Shown piece after piece: positions 44,549 through 53,994 of a stretch of DNA of 62,864 nt. A program made the position numbers and the translations under genes. Each line of letters begins with the position of its first letter. The first letter of the stretch is position 1. The notes beneath the pieces were generated by a model, which saw only the letters and a program-made list of their open reading frames with translations, did not search any database and was not told the DNA's origin. Source of the stretch: Candidatus Woesearchaeota archaeon (lineage in GTDB: Archaea > Nanobdellota > Nanobdellia > Woesearchaeales > GW2011-AR9); the NCBI GenBank assembly GCA_016185625.1, contig JACPND010000019.1:1-62864 (forward strand), read 5' to 3'.

Positions 44549-47236
44549 TCACTTTTTCTTCTTAATTTCGTGTGGTGATTTCTTCCTTTTTAGAAACAGA
44601 GCCAGAAGCACGATTAATATCAGTGCGCCGCTGACCCAGTACACCGGTGAAAAAATGCGCTGCTCTTCAACAGGTGATGATTCGGTGATTTCTACAACCT
44701 TTGCTTTTTCTGGAAGTTGCGGCACTGCTTCTGGTTCCTTTGGCTTTTGGGGCATTTCAGCTCTTCCCATCGTTAACAGCTCCATACTTACATTAACAAA
44801 GTGCAAGGCATAATTGAGGTCTATCAGAGTTAATTTCAGATCAGGAATAGTATCACCGTCCAGATTTAGTTCCGCACTTGCACCCTTGTTTAAGACAACT
44901 TCCTGTGATGTACTGGAAATAACAAAATTAGCAAATGATGGCCCTACTCTCGTAACAGTAATGGTATGCTCTTCTGCCGTTGTTTTTGTCGAGGTCTTGA
45001 TCATAAACTTGGCTTTGGTGCCTTCTTTTAAATACGCCAGAACTTCCTGGAATGGTATTTTTCCTTCGGTTATAGTTGGTTCAGGGAGCGTAATCGTTAT
45101 CTCTTTCTCGAGAGAGACTTCTGGCGGAAGCGAACCCGCAGAACTTGTGGAACTGCTAGAACTACTTTCACTGCTCCCACCACCTGTATTTGGAGTGCTA
45201 GTGCTGGCCACCGCTGTTCCCGTTACCGCAGGGCCGGTGCCGGAGAAATGGGGCAGGCGTACCCAAATGACATTACTGCTCGTATCAATATAGCAGGGAG
45301 TCGTTGTATTAATGAGAGTTTGATCGGTTGTACAGGCACTTGATTTCAATAACATACCCCATTGCTCTGCAAAGGCTGAATAATGTGAATTGTTTGCGGC
45401 CAAATTAGTGGCGTTCGTCCCATTCGTGGTTACATTCCAAATAACCTTCCAGTTCTCATCATAAAGAGTAGGAATGGATATATTGACAACACTAGCATCA
45501 TTCAATCCCGATCCCGGGGTTTCCGTGTAGGGAAGAGAAACAAGAACGTAATCGTAAATTGTTGGTCCTCCAGATCCAAAGCGGACAGCCGCATCAAAGG
45601 TGCTGGCACTCGCGGAAGAAGTTGTGCTGCTATCGAACAAGACATCAGGCGGTCCGGAAGCAAGCAGATCCACATTCACATAATGAATTTTAATATTTCC
45701 TGTGCCCATCCTGAAGCTGAGTTTACCTCCACCTAAAATGGCGGACATAGGTTTAAAACTGTCCATGGTCTGTGAACCACCCAACAGACAGTCACTAGAA
45801 GGATTGGGCAGATCACAGGTGGCATTAGAAAGATATAACGCCATGGAAATCGCAGATGCAGTTAACTGCGAATCGATGGCTTGTGGATTAAAGCTAGACA
45901 GTGCAATGCTGCTATTAGTGGCGATTTCCGCAGCAGTTTTGGCGATACTTTTAGGTGCATAATTAGACCCGCCGCCACTGACAAACAGATCAATTTTTTT
46001 AACTCCCGTGGCATTAATTAAAGGCAGGGAGAAGACGGCAGCAGCCCCCTGTTGAATATTAGTCATCCAGGTAAAATCTATTGACCCAAAATTGCTATAA
46101 TCCACTTCTGCTTGCACATGAGCAAACACGTTCGTTAAACTGACATTAGTGCTATTAAGAAGGTCAAATTGCTGAAGGGCAGTTGTAAAATTAATCAGCC
46201 CGCCCGTGGTAGTGTCTTGGGTGATATTGCCTGAGGCGCCCAACAAGCCGAACATGGAAATATTAATCTGGAGCTCGGCAGCCGGATTGTTATAGCTCAA
46301 ACTTACATTTTTGAATGCGCCGTAAAAAGACGTTCCATTGGTAGCGGTAGCAAAGAGCATCATGTTTGAGGTTTCAGTGGTAGCGGGTAAAGAGATGTTA
46401 TAAAAGCCATTGGAGAGGGTGTGGTTGTCCTTACCCCCGGTGAACTCGCTAAGGTTATTGGGAAGTGTGCCACGATTTACATCAATCATATTTCCTGGTT
46501 CCATCAGATAAGGAATGACACGAAAAGTAGTCCATCCATTGATGCCTGAATAGTTAATATAGCCGCTGACACGATCCAGACGGAGGGTGGTATTAAATTG
46601 TTTTTGTAAAGTTCTGGTGGTTACATTATAACTGGAAATACTATTTATGCTATAAGATTGTGTAGCCGTAAAATTATTCCAGTTAAAACTAACTGGCATA
46701 CTAGCTGCGGGATAGACCATGATGGAATAATTTCTGTCCCGAGGCAAGTAGACAGTGGCATTAGCTACGGGATTCGTAAAAGCTTCCGCAACCGGATAGC
46801 CTAACTTTACATCTTTGATTTGATAACGGAAAGAAACATTGCCGCTGGTACTATTAATGACGGTAATAATAATCGTGCCTGCTGGCTTGAGATAAAACTT
46901 GGTTTGGTCTAATTGAAATGAAAATATCTGACTGGGGAAGGAGGGTAATGTCTGACCGACAAAATCAACCACGCTGCCATTATAATGAATAATATTGGGC
47001 TGATAGAGGCCACCGGTTACTTCTGTCACCGTCATATTAAACCATCCCGAAGCATTGGTGGTAGTGGAATTATATCCTACAATGTTAAAATTACTGTCCC
47101 GGACGGTTACATTAATATAGGTATTATTCAGAGCGATACCATTCACATCGGTAACCGTTCCATTAAAGGGAAAGGCTAAGGCAGAAGCAACTAGTACCAA
47201 GGAAATGAATAAGATAATTACTTTCACCATTAACAT
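44549..47236 (-). CDS. large cell-surface (S-layer-like) glycoprotein with C-terminal membrane anchor
   Basis: Signal peptide, dozens of N-x-S/T sequons, Ser-rich linker GGGSSESSSSSSTSSAG. C-terminal hydrophobic helix followed by KRKKSPHEIKKKK. Confidence 0.65.
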   Translation of the reverse strand: MLMVKVIILFISLVLVASALAFPFNGTVTDVNGIALNNTYINVTVRDSNFNIVGYNSTTTNASGWFNMTVTEVTGGLYQPNIIHYNGSVVDFVGQTLPSFPSQIFSFQLDQTKFYLKPAGTIIITVINSTSGNVSFRYQIKDVKLGYPVAEAFTNPVANATVYLPRDRNYSIMVYPAASMPVSFNWNNFTATQSYSINSISSYNVTTRTLQKQFNTTLRLDRVSGYINYSGINGWTTFRVIPYLMEPGNMIDVNRGTLPNNLSEFTGGKDNHTLSNGFYNISLPATTETSNMMLFATATNGTSFYGAFKNVSLSYNNPAAELQINISMFGLLGASGNITQDTTTGGLINFTTALQQFDLLNSTNVSLTNVFAHVQAEVDYSNFGSIDFTWMTNIQQGAAAVFSLPLINATGVKKIDLFVSGGGSNYAPKSIAKTAAEIATNSSIALSSFNPQAIDSQLTASAISMALYLSNATCDLPNPSSDCLLGGSQTMDSFKPMSAILGGGKLSFRMGTGNIKIHYVNVDLLASGPPDVLFDSSTTSSASASTFDAAVRFGSGGPTIYDYVLVSLPYTETPGSGLNDASVVNISIPTLYDENWKVIWNVTTNGTNATNLAANNSHYSAFAEQWGMLLKSSACTTDQTLINTTTPCYIDTSSNVIWVRLPHFSGTGPAVTGTAVASTSTPNTGGGSSESSSSSSTSSAGSLPPEVSLEKEITITLPEPTITEGKIPFQEVLAYLKEGTKAKFMIKTSTKTTAEEHTITVTRVGPSFANFVISSTSQEVVLNKGASAELNLDGDTIPDLKLTLIDLNYALHFVNVSMELLTMGRAEMPQKPKEPEAVPQLPEKAKVVEITESSPVEEQRIFSPVYWVSGALILIVLLALFLKRKKSPHEIKKKK

Positions 47237-47279
47237 CTCTTTAGTTCTACTTAATTTTTGGCGGTTTTTAACATTTTTC

Positions 47280-48059
47280 TTAGCGGATATTCAGCCCTAA
47301 CACATCGCCGCTGACTTCTATCCCGGAAGTGGTGCCTGCCAACGCCAACACTCGCTGCGCGTTTCGATCTACGGTCAACGCCCCTTCAAAATCATTCACC
47401 GTCACGTCATCGTTTTTCAGTTCATAATTCAGGCGTTCTCCTACCTGAACATTTCCATCTCCTTCACCCAGAGGCAAATTGCTCATTTGCAGGTCTTCGA
47501 CTTTCAGCCAGGTATAGGGTAAACCACTAAATGCAATATCAATCTTGCCTTTAGAAACCAGCGCCACATCATTTACTTTTATTTTTCCAGCCGTTCCGTC
47601 AACAGAAAGCCCATGGCCACTGAATTCCAGCGCTCCTTCATAGCCCAGCATCTCCAGTGTCACTTGCTGCAGGTTGCTCAGCTCCAATTTATCGTCATTA
47701 ATAGTGATTTGGTCCGGCACTTGGTTAAACGTCACGGCAACTGACTGTATCTTTGCCTTGCTCTTTACTGTTGGGACGTCACTAAAAGCTAAGGTAAAAG
47801 CTAAATCCCGCCCGCTTTTTGCTTTTATTTTTGTCGCTGCACTGGCACTGCCCGACACGGCTGACGAATCACCAGCAACGGTATCTTTCTCTTGTCTTTC
47901 ATCTCCTACTGTCCCGGCAAGCGCTCCGGACAGGCTCTGGTTTTTATTATTATCCAGCATCAGGACGATAAAAATAACACCTATAACAATAGTAATCAAA
48001 ACAACATAAAACCGCGTATGACTTTGATGGGAAACATGGCCTTCGCTCATGAGCAACAC
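47280..48059 (-). CDS. N-terminally anchored extracellular protein, unknown function
   Basis: A single N-terminal helix followed by a beta-rich sequence. Adjacent to the surface glycoprotein. Confidence 0.5.
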   Translation of the reverse strand: MLLMSEGHVSHQSHTRFYVVLITIVIGVIFIVLMLDNNKNQSLSGALAGTVGDERQEKDTVAGDSSAVSGSASAATKIKAKSGRDLAFTLAFSDVPTVKSKAKIQSVAVTFNQVPDQITINDDKLELSNLQQVTLEMLGYEGALEFSGHGLSVDGTAGKIKVNDVALVSKGKIDIAFSGLPYTWLKVEDLQMSNLPLGEGDGNVQVGERLNYELKNDDVTVNDFEGALTVDRNAQRVLALAGTTSGIEVSGDVLGLNIR

Positions 48060-48154
48060 CTCTTTTGTTAATTTACTCTTTTTACTCTTGTAACTTCTTA
48101 GTCTTTTTATACTTTTCTATAGGGAACTTTGAATAACCCTCTTTTCATCACTCT

Positions 48155-48619
48155 TCAACCCCTTCTCAACTCCGTTGCCGCACGATGAATCAACTCTTCC
48201 AGCCTTTCCATGGTCTGTCCGGGATTGCTGATATCTTTTGCTTCCAGGATCTGCCCCGAGGAGGACTTGATATGCAGGTTTCCATAGCCCAGTAGCCGTT
48301 GGCTTACTTTCTGGTTTACATCCACATCGGTAATAGAAGAAAGGAACAAGTGTTTTTTGGATCGTTTAATCAATCCATCACAGATCATAACTTTAGAGTT
48401 CGTCACGATAAAACGATGGCTGAATCGTGTTACCTCTATGGCCAAGATCACCACCACGACAACGGCTAGAATAAAACGGGTCAGGATGGCACTCCCGGCG
48501 ATTCCCTCCCACTGCAGCACTCCCAGTCCAAATAACAGGAAACCGGCACAGCCATATTCGACTAAAAAAGCCTTTCGTGAACGGCACAAATCCATCAGCA
48601 CTCTCTCTTCCCCATCCAT
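48155..48619 (-). CDS. membrane protein with bacterial PH (bPH_2/YdbS-like) domain
   Basis: Two helices then RFIVTNSKVMICDGLIKRSKKHLFLSSITDVDVNQKVSQRLLGYGNLHI. ATG 48619 is 31 nt from the shared TATA. Confidence 0.65.
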   Translation of the reverse strand: MDGEERVLMDLCRSRKAFLVEYGCAGFLLFGLGVLQWEGIAGSAILTRFILAVVVVVILAIEVTRFSHRFIVTNSKVMICDGLIKRSKKHLFLSSITDVDVNQKVSQRLLGYGNLHIKSSSGQILEAKDISNPGQTMERLEELIHRAATELRRG

Positions 48620-48641
48620 AGTGGCTGTAAAATGATAAAAG

Positions 48642-48650
48642 TTTATATAA
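48642..48650. promoter_or_regulatory. palindromic TATA element (TTTATATAA) serving divergent genes
   Basis: 30 nt to fpg ATG 48672 and 31 nt to minus-strand ATG 48619. Confidence 0.5.
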
Positions 48651-48671
48651 TTTTGTGTACTTTGCTGTTCC

Positions 48672-49457
48672 ATGCCCGAATTACCTGAAGTGGAGACGAT
48701 GGTGTGCCAGCTGCAGAAAAGCTTGGCAAATAGAAAGATTCTCAAAGCTAAAATCATTGACCATAAAATCATTGATCCCCGGCTGCCGGCTCTTTTTCCT
48801 GCGACCGTCAAAGAAATACGAAGGCGAGGGAAAGCTATTATCATCGAACTGCAGCCAAAATACTATCTCTACATCCATCTGCGCATGACCGGCCATTTTC
48901 ATCATCTCAGAACGTCAACATTAGAAAAATATACCGCCGCCGTGTTCTATCTTGACGATGGCTCACTGCTGACGTATAATGAAATCAGGCGATTTGGCTT
49001 TATTAAAGTCATGACAGAAAGGCAACTGGAACAGGAATTGGCTAAGCTGGGCCCGGAGCCGCTTTCTGTCCCGGAAAAGGAATTTTTGAGTTTATTACAA
49101 AAAAAGCCGGCCTCCCCGATAAAAACAGTGTTGATGGATCAAATGGTCATCACTGGTATCGGCAACATCTATGCGCAGGAAATCTGCTATTATGCGCGGG
49201 TTCGCCCACAGCGCAGAATACGCTCACTTTCTTCTGCGGAACTTCATCGGCTGTATTTGGCGATGGAATCGGTCTTGCGAAAAGCAATTAAATACTGCGG
49301 CACTACCATCCAAAACTATTCGCATCTGGAAGGATCAGGCGGCTTCCAGAAGTTCCTTACGGTCTATCAGCAGGAACGGTGTCCGAAAAATCATACTTTA
49401 AAGCAAATAAAACAGGGTGGGCGAGGCACTTCCTATTGTCCAACCTGCCAGAGGTAA
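48672..49457 (+). CDS. fpg: formamidopyrimidine-DNA glycosylase (Fpg/Nei family)
   Basis: N-terminal MPELPEVE, H2TH region, C-terminal zinc finger CPKNH...CPTCQ. Confidence 0.88.
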   Translation: MPELPEVETMVCQLQKSLANRKILKAKIIDHKIIDPRLPALFPATVKEIRRRGKAIIIELQPKYYLYIHLRMTGHFHHLRTSTLEKYTAAVFYLDDGSLLTYNEIRRFGFIKVMTERQLEQELAKLGPEPLSVPEKEFLSLLQKKPASPIKTVLMDQMVITGIGNIYAQEICYYARVRPQRRIRSLSSAELHRLYLAMESVLRKAIKYCGTTIQNYSHLEGSGGFQKFLTVYQQERCPKNHTLKQIKQGGRGTSYCPTCQR

Positions 49458-49460
49458 TAA

Positions 49461-49621
49461 GTTAAGTCAGGGCCGGCGTGGTCAATAGTGGCTAGCGGCT
49501 GCCGAGCTAGGCTACTCATAAGAAAAAGGATAGATGCGAAAAATAGAATACAACCGCGAATGTAAAGCGACAATCGAATCGAGTTTTCGCCGAGGCAGCC
49601 GACCGCCAAGCCCCGACTTAA
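49461..49621. repeat. long hairpin element with TTAAGTC...GACTTAA termini
   Basis: GTTAAGTCAGGGCCGGCG... pairs with ...CGCCAAGCCCCGACTTAA. Termini are shared with the elements at 2082 and 53995. Confidence 0.5.
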
Positions 49622-49774
49622 TATAGCTAATGTATCAAATATTCGAACATTATTTTACACATTTGCTTACATGAAATGAGAAAACTATCTCATTTCAGTA
49701 CCGAAAATTGCGTATAAATTTTCGTGTATTAGTAATGTGAACAAATGTTCGAAAATAATTCACAATTACTATAC
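49619..49774. repeat. MITE-like element, TAATATAGCTAATGT...AATTCACAATTACTATAC family
   Basis: Ends match 40811..41012. Internal stem ATATTCGAACATT / AATGTTCGAAAAT. Confidence 0.55.
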
Positions 49775-49786
49775 CTACAAAGTAAG

Positions 49787-50026
49787 ATGTTCAAAAAACT
49801 ATTTGCAAAATTACGGGGAAAGAAAGAATATCCTAATCGTTTCCTGAAGTTTTACCATCTTCATCACGACCGGCTGATTGAGGAGCGCCGGGGAAGCTAT
49901 GCCGAGCGGAAGAAAACGGGAATTTGCGTGCGGTGTAAAAAGCCATCATTATCCGGCATTGTGTTTTGTGAATATCATCAGAGTAGACAGAAGGAATATA
50001 ATGCCAAAGCGAGAGGGAAGTTATAA
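49787..50026 (+). CDS. small basic Cys/His protein (possible zinc finger)
   Basis: CVRCKK...FCEYH pattern. ATG lies about 30 nt from an AT-rich box at the right end of the preceding element. Confidence 0.4.
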   Translation: MFKKLFAKLRGKKEYPNRFLKFYHLHHDRLIEERRGSYAERKKTGICVRCKKPSLSGIVFCEYHQSRQKEYNAKARGKL

Positions 50027-50116
50027 TCTTTTTTAGAACTATTCTTATTAAAAGCTTTTTCTGGTTTTTCCCGGGCTTTTTATTCCACATCCTCCATCCC
50101 GCTGAACGGCAACAAA

Positions 50117-50524
50117 CTAAATAACTGTTGTTTTCATCTCCTCAATGCCTTCAAAATCTGGATCGCCAGAATACAGAACTGTGCAATTGGCAAGTATGGC
50201 CGTCGCCAGATGAATCATGTCCGCATAAGATACTCTTCGTTCTTTGCTAAAGTATTTTTTCCTCAAGTCGGCAGCTAATGAAGCCACGGGCAAAACAACA
50301 GGAACAATAACCAGATTTGGAAATGTTTCGATTATGTGTACTTGTTCATGTGCTAATTCCTCATTGATCTTGCCCAACCTGTACTTGATCTCTGTAATGT
50401 TTAACGCATTGATCATGGCCTTCTCTCTCCCACTCTGTACCGACTCTAGGATTTCCTTACAACGTTCAAACTTCTTTCCTTCCGCAAAAAACTCGATCCA
50501 AATCCAAGAATCAAGAAAAATCAT
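50117..50524 (-). CDS. vapC: PIN-domain toxin VapC
   Basis: MIFLDSWIWIEF... (N-terminal Asp) and ...VLYSGDPDF. Confidence 0.85.
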   Translation of the reverse strand: MIFLDSWIWIEFFAEGKKFERCKEILESVQSGREKAMINALNITEIKYRLGKINEELAHEQVHIIETFPNLVIVPVVLPVASLAADLRKKYFSKERRVSYADMIHLATAILANCTVLYSGDPDFEGIEEMKTTVI

Positions 50525-50759
50525 GGGACCACTCTTTTTTACCTTCTTTGATCATCGCTTTGATTTCAGAGTCAGAAAACCGCAGCAGCTGCCGAAGTTC
50601 CAGCATTCGAGCTACAGGATTTTTATATGTTGGAACAAGAACAACTTCTCCATGTTCAGGGATGAACGCAATTCTCCTTCCTTTTTCCAACCCATATTTT
50701 TCTCTGATCTCTTTCGGTATGGTCACCTGTCCTTTCGAAGAGATTATCGCTTCAGCCAT
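50511..50759 (-). CDS. vapB: AbrB/SpoVT-type antitoxin VapB
   Basis: SSKGQVTIPKEIREKYGL. Overlaps vapC by 14 nt. Confidence 0.85.
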   Translation of the reverse strand: MAEAIISSKGQVTIPKEIREKYGLEKGRRIAFIPEHGEVVLVPTYKNPVARMLELRQLLRFSDSEIKAMIKEGKKEWSHDFS

Positions 50760-50801
50760 CTTACTTTTCTGAAAGAAGTAAGAATTTATAAATGTTTTGC
50801 T

Positions 50802-50925
50802 TTAATCTTCCTTTCTCCTTAACCCCTTCACCGTCCCAAACGCAAACACCTCTCCTTTGCTCACGATAAACACCTCAAAATCGTCGAGCTTCTGCAAATA
50901 CGGACTGAGCAGCTGCTCTTTCAAA
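50802..50925 (-). pseudogene. relic copy of the 3' end of the metallophosphoesterase gene 53261..53971
   Basis: 50834-50925 is identical to 53293-53384. The remaining codons read FGTVKGLRRKED* versus FGKVKGLRRKEE* in the intact gene. Confidence 0.85.
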
Positions 50926-51436
50926 CCTGCTCATAAATAAGCAACCTCGCCTTTTCAAGAACTTCCTTACACGTTTCAGACAAGAGAGTAAAGAGCTTTC
51001 TATCGGTGAAAGTTTGCTCCAGCCCATACTGAAAATCTTCCCGTACTTCAATGATACTCAAATCAATTTCTTTGGCTTTGGCAATTAAGAACATATCAAT
51101 GAAAGACTGGTCTAAGGAAATAATGCCCTGTTCTCTTAGGAGTTCAATTATTGCTAAAGTGCATTCCTGATTCCTGCTTTCATAACCGTGTTTTCTGATG
51201 ATTGCCAAGAAGCAGTGATAGGCACAATAAAAGAATCCGCTGGCAGACCAGTCAGAATATCCATGCTCATCAAAAAAAAGGGCCGCCTCGAAATTATGCT
51301 GTGCTTTATCGAGATGCCTTTTTGCGCTATTGTTGTCAGGTTCAACTTGGATTAAGCCACGATGGATGCCTTGCTCTTCTAATTCCCGTTTGGCTTTATT
51401 TAAGCACCACTGCACTTTCTTTTCTGTTTGTAACAT
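50921..51436 (-). CDS. HEPN-domain protein (toxin-type partner of MNT)
   Basis: Helical 171 aa with VREDFQYG at the same relative position as RNDIGYRG in 28340..28771. Lies 3 nt after the MNT stop. Confidence 0.65.
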   Translation of the reverse strand: MLQTEKKVQWCLNKAKRELEEQGIHRGLIQVEPDNNSAKRHLDKAQHNFEAALFFDEHGYSDWSASGFFYCAYHCFLAIIRKHGYESRNQECTLAIIELLREQGIISLDQSFIDMFLIAKAKEIDLSIIEVREDFQYGLEQTFTDRKLFTLLSETCKEVLEKARLLIYEQV

Positions 51437-51439
51437 GAT

Positions 51440-52069
51440 TTACCTCGATTCAGGCTTAGGAATGGCAAAATAACCATAGCCCTGCTGTACCTGCAAGATG
51501 GTTTGAATAATCACCTCATACCCCCGCAGAACATAGCCAAATTTAATGGCGTTGAGGAGCACGGAATCAGGTTTCTGGATATTATTTTTGAAATCCTTTG
51601 GCGACTGCCAGACAACGTGGATCGGCTTCAAAGAAACTTTATTTTCTTTTTGTACTATCTGTTGGGCAGCAGTAAGGTGTTTCTCTTGAACAACCACCAG
51701 AAGATCTATATCTCTGGCTTTGGCATAGTCTCGTACAGCCGAGCCAAAGATAATAACTGCCTCTGTTATCGGAAAGAGTTTTTCAAATTGATGCCGCCAT
51801 CGTTGTGCCTGTTGCTGTGTTTCGGTCATCAGAAGCATTTTGACCATGTCGCAACCATAGGGGTTAGCAAGATTTGCTTTGTAAAAAATTGCTCTTCCGT
51901 ATCGTCTGCTGATGACCAGTTCCTCTTGGTGGAGTGTTTTCACCACATTCAGCGCTCCCCGACGAGTAATTCCTAGTTTGGCAGCGAGCGTATTGGCATT
52001 ATAATCACTGGCAAAATCTTTGTACAGGAGCAAAAGTGCTTTTCCTTCAGTGGTGGTAATGAGTTTCAT
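51440..52069 (-). CDS. wHTH plus minimal nucleotidyltransferase (MNT antitoxin-type)
   Basis: IIFGSAVRDYAKARDIDLLVVV. N-terminal HTH-like LAAKLGITRRGALNVVKTL. Confidence 0.8.
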   Translation of the reverse strand: MKLITTTEGKALLLLYKDFASDYNANTLAAKLGITRRGALNVVKTLHQEELVISRRYGRAIFYKANLANPYGCDMVKMLLMTETQQQAQRWRHQFEKLFPITEAVIIFGSAVRDYAKARDIDLLVVVQEKHLTAAQQIVQKENKVSLKPIHVVWQSPKDFKNNIQKPDSVLLNAIKFGYVLRGYEVIIQTILQVQQGYGYFAIPKPESR

Positions 52070-52261
52070 TGTGAATAATTATTTCACATATGTGAAATTA
52101 TATTTCCTATATAAATGTTTTGGTGATTTTGGTCAACAGGATGACAGACAAATCTCTGGTGGCAATGAAATATATTCTCCAACATATATTTTGGATATAT
52201 ATATATATATTTAAATGGTTGTTTCTTCTTTCTAACATCATATCAAAAATGAGGTGTCCTT

Positions 52262-53206
52262 ATGAATAAACTGAAACAGTTCATTCTACCATTAGTTTTA
52301 TTGAGTATCCTAATCTTACTTGTCAGTTGTGCGCCGAAAACAGAATATACTGGCGACGTCACTCCGGAAGAAGCGGCTGCCGTATCCACAGAAGAAGGAA
52401 AAACGTTGGCTGGTCAGGCCGTGAAGGTTAATTTTGAAAATTGCGCCGATCCGGATGCGACGAGTCAATTTGATCAGAACCAGTTACTAACCAAATCCGT
52501 TACTACTTTTGGTTCCGGTTCACGAGAGGATAAATGTTATACGTGGAATAAGGGAACACCATCAGAAAAAACGAGGTTGATCGAAGGAACGTGCAAGCAA
52601 GAAGGCGGAAAGTCAAAATTCATATATTGGTATGCGGATTGTGATGTGACGTTTGGGAAAGGGACGAAATGTGTTGATGGTGCTTGTGTGCCGAGTTGCG
52701 ATCCTATTCAGTTGAGTCCTTACTGTACTTTTGATACATTGAATAATGTTGACACACTAGTTGACGTATCAAAGAATCCCTGTACTGGCTTAGTAAATGT
52801 TGTACAAACATCTTGTCCTGGTGGATGTACTAATGGGGATTGTATACAGGGTGGTTCGTCGGGTGGCGGAGGCGGATATGGTTTCATTTCCGGTGATTCG
52901 TGTGAGGCCGATATCCTGGTAATAAATAAAGATAAAAAATATGATTGCTCAAAAGAAGCGGGGTGGATATTCAAAGCAAAAACCTGTGCGCCCCCCATTG
53001 AAGAATATTCTTCGTTGGTCAAGTATGTCTGTGCAGAAGCATGTACCCCTGGGCAGACCGCCATTTCCTGTGACGAGGATGGTGATTTCCACGAACAGAC
53101 CTGCAATCAGAATGGATTTGGTTGGAGCCTTGCGAAGAAGAAGGGATGTCCTGAAGGCCAAACCTGTAAAGTAGATCCTGTAAAAAAATCTGGTATTTGT
53201 AAATAA
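52262..53206 (+). CDS. secreted Cys-rich lipoprotein
   Basis: Signal ending LLVSC, about 30 Cys, G-rich linker. GAGGTG lies 7 nt before the ATG. Confidence 0.55.
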   Translation: MNKLKQFILPLVLLSILILLVSCAPKTEYTGDVTPEEAAAVSTEEGKTLAGQAVKVNFENCADPDATSQFDQNQLLTKSVTTFGSGSREDKCYTWNKGTPSEKTRLIEGTCKQEGGKSKFIYWYADCDVTFGKGTKCVDGACVPSCDPIQLSPYCTFDTLNNVDTLVDVSKNPCTGLVNVVQTSCPGGCTNGDCIQGGSSGGGGGYGFISGDSCEADILVINKDKKYDCSKEAGWIFKAKTCAPPIEEYSSLVKYVCAEACTPGQTAISCDEDGDFHEQTCNQNGFGWSLAKKKGCPEGQTCKVDPVKKSGICK

Positions 53207-53260
53207 TGCCGAAAAGCTCTTTCCACTTTTTAGGCTTCAGAAGTTACCGTTTTTTTTTCT

Positions 53261-53971
53261 TTACTCTTCTTTCCTTCTTAACCCTTTCACTTTCCCAAAC
53301 GCAAACACCTCTCCTTTGCTCACGATAAACACCTCAAAATCGTCGAGCTTCTGCAAATACGGACTGAGCAGCTGCTCTTTCAAAACATCCGTCCCTTCCG
53401 TCAATGGATTGAAACTCGGCATGGCGATCAATTCTTTGCGCTTCCATTTCCCTTTCAGAAAACATTTGTATTTCTCCCGTTTACTCTTCTCCCTCAGGGT
53501 AATCGCCGGATGCTCGTGCCCGATAATGATCCGTTTCGCTTTCGTATTATGAAGTTCATCACCATGGAAAATAGCGGTGTCACCAATCGCTAAATCTTTT
53601 ACCACGTTGATGTTTCGTCTCTTTGCCAGCGGACCGATAATCATATCGTGATTCCCTTTCACAATAATCAATTCATGGCCATGCTCCAATAAAAAATCAA
53701 TCAGTTGCAGCACTTCTTTCCATTCCTGCCGTAATACTCTGCCAAATTCATGTTTTAAATCTCCATTAATGACGATTCTTGCCGGTGTTACCCTCTTGAA
53801 AATCTCCCTTAATTTTTGGAGTATTTCTTCTAACTGAAACTTCGGCACCATCATGCCCTGCTGCTGCAAGGCTTCTTCATAGCCGACATGAAGATCACTG
53901 ATAATCAGCGTTTTCTCTTTCTTCAGCCATAAAGCGGTTTCAACAATCTCCATTCCTGTGGTTATTTCCAT
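53261..53971 (-). CDS. metallophosphoesterase (MJ0037-like)
   Basis: ISDLHVG, INGDLKH, VKGNHD, GHEHP. Confidence 0.85.
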   Translation of the reverse strand: MEITTGMEIVETALWLKKEKTLIISDLHVGYEEALQQQGMMVPKFQLEEILQKLREIFKRVTPARIVINGDLKHEFGRVLRQEWKEVLQLIDFLLEHGHELIIVKGNHDMIIGPLAKRRNINVVKDLAIGDTAIFHGDELHNTKAKRIIIGHEHPAITLREKSKREKYKCFLKGKWKRKELIAMPSFNPLTEGTDVLKEQLLSPYLQKLDDFEVFIVSKGEVFAFGKVKGLRRKEE

Positions 53972-53994
53972 ATTCTCTCCTGAAGCAGTACCTA

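Noticed and set aside
52195-52212. (TA)n microsatellite between the MNT gene and the Cys-rich lipoprotein gene.
   Set aside because: It is a short simple repeat within an AT-rich divergent promoter region. Nothing indicates a function beyond a TATA-like sequence.
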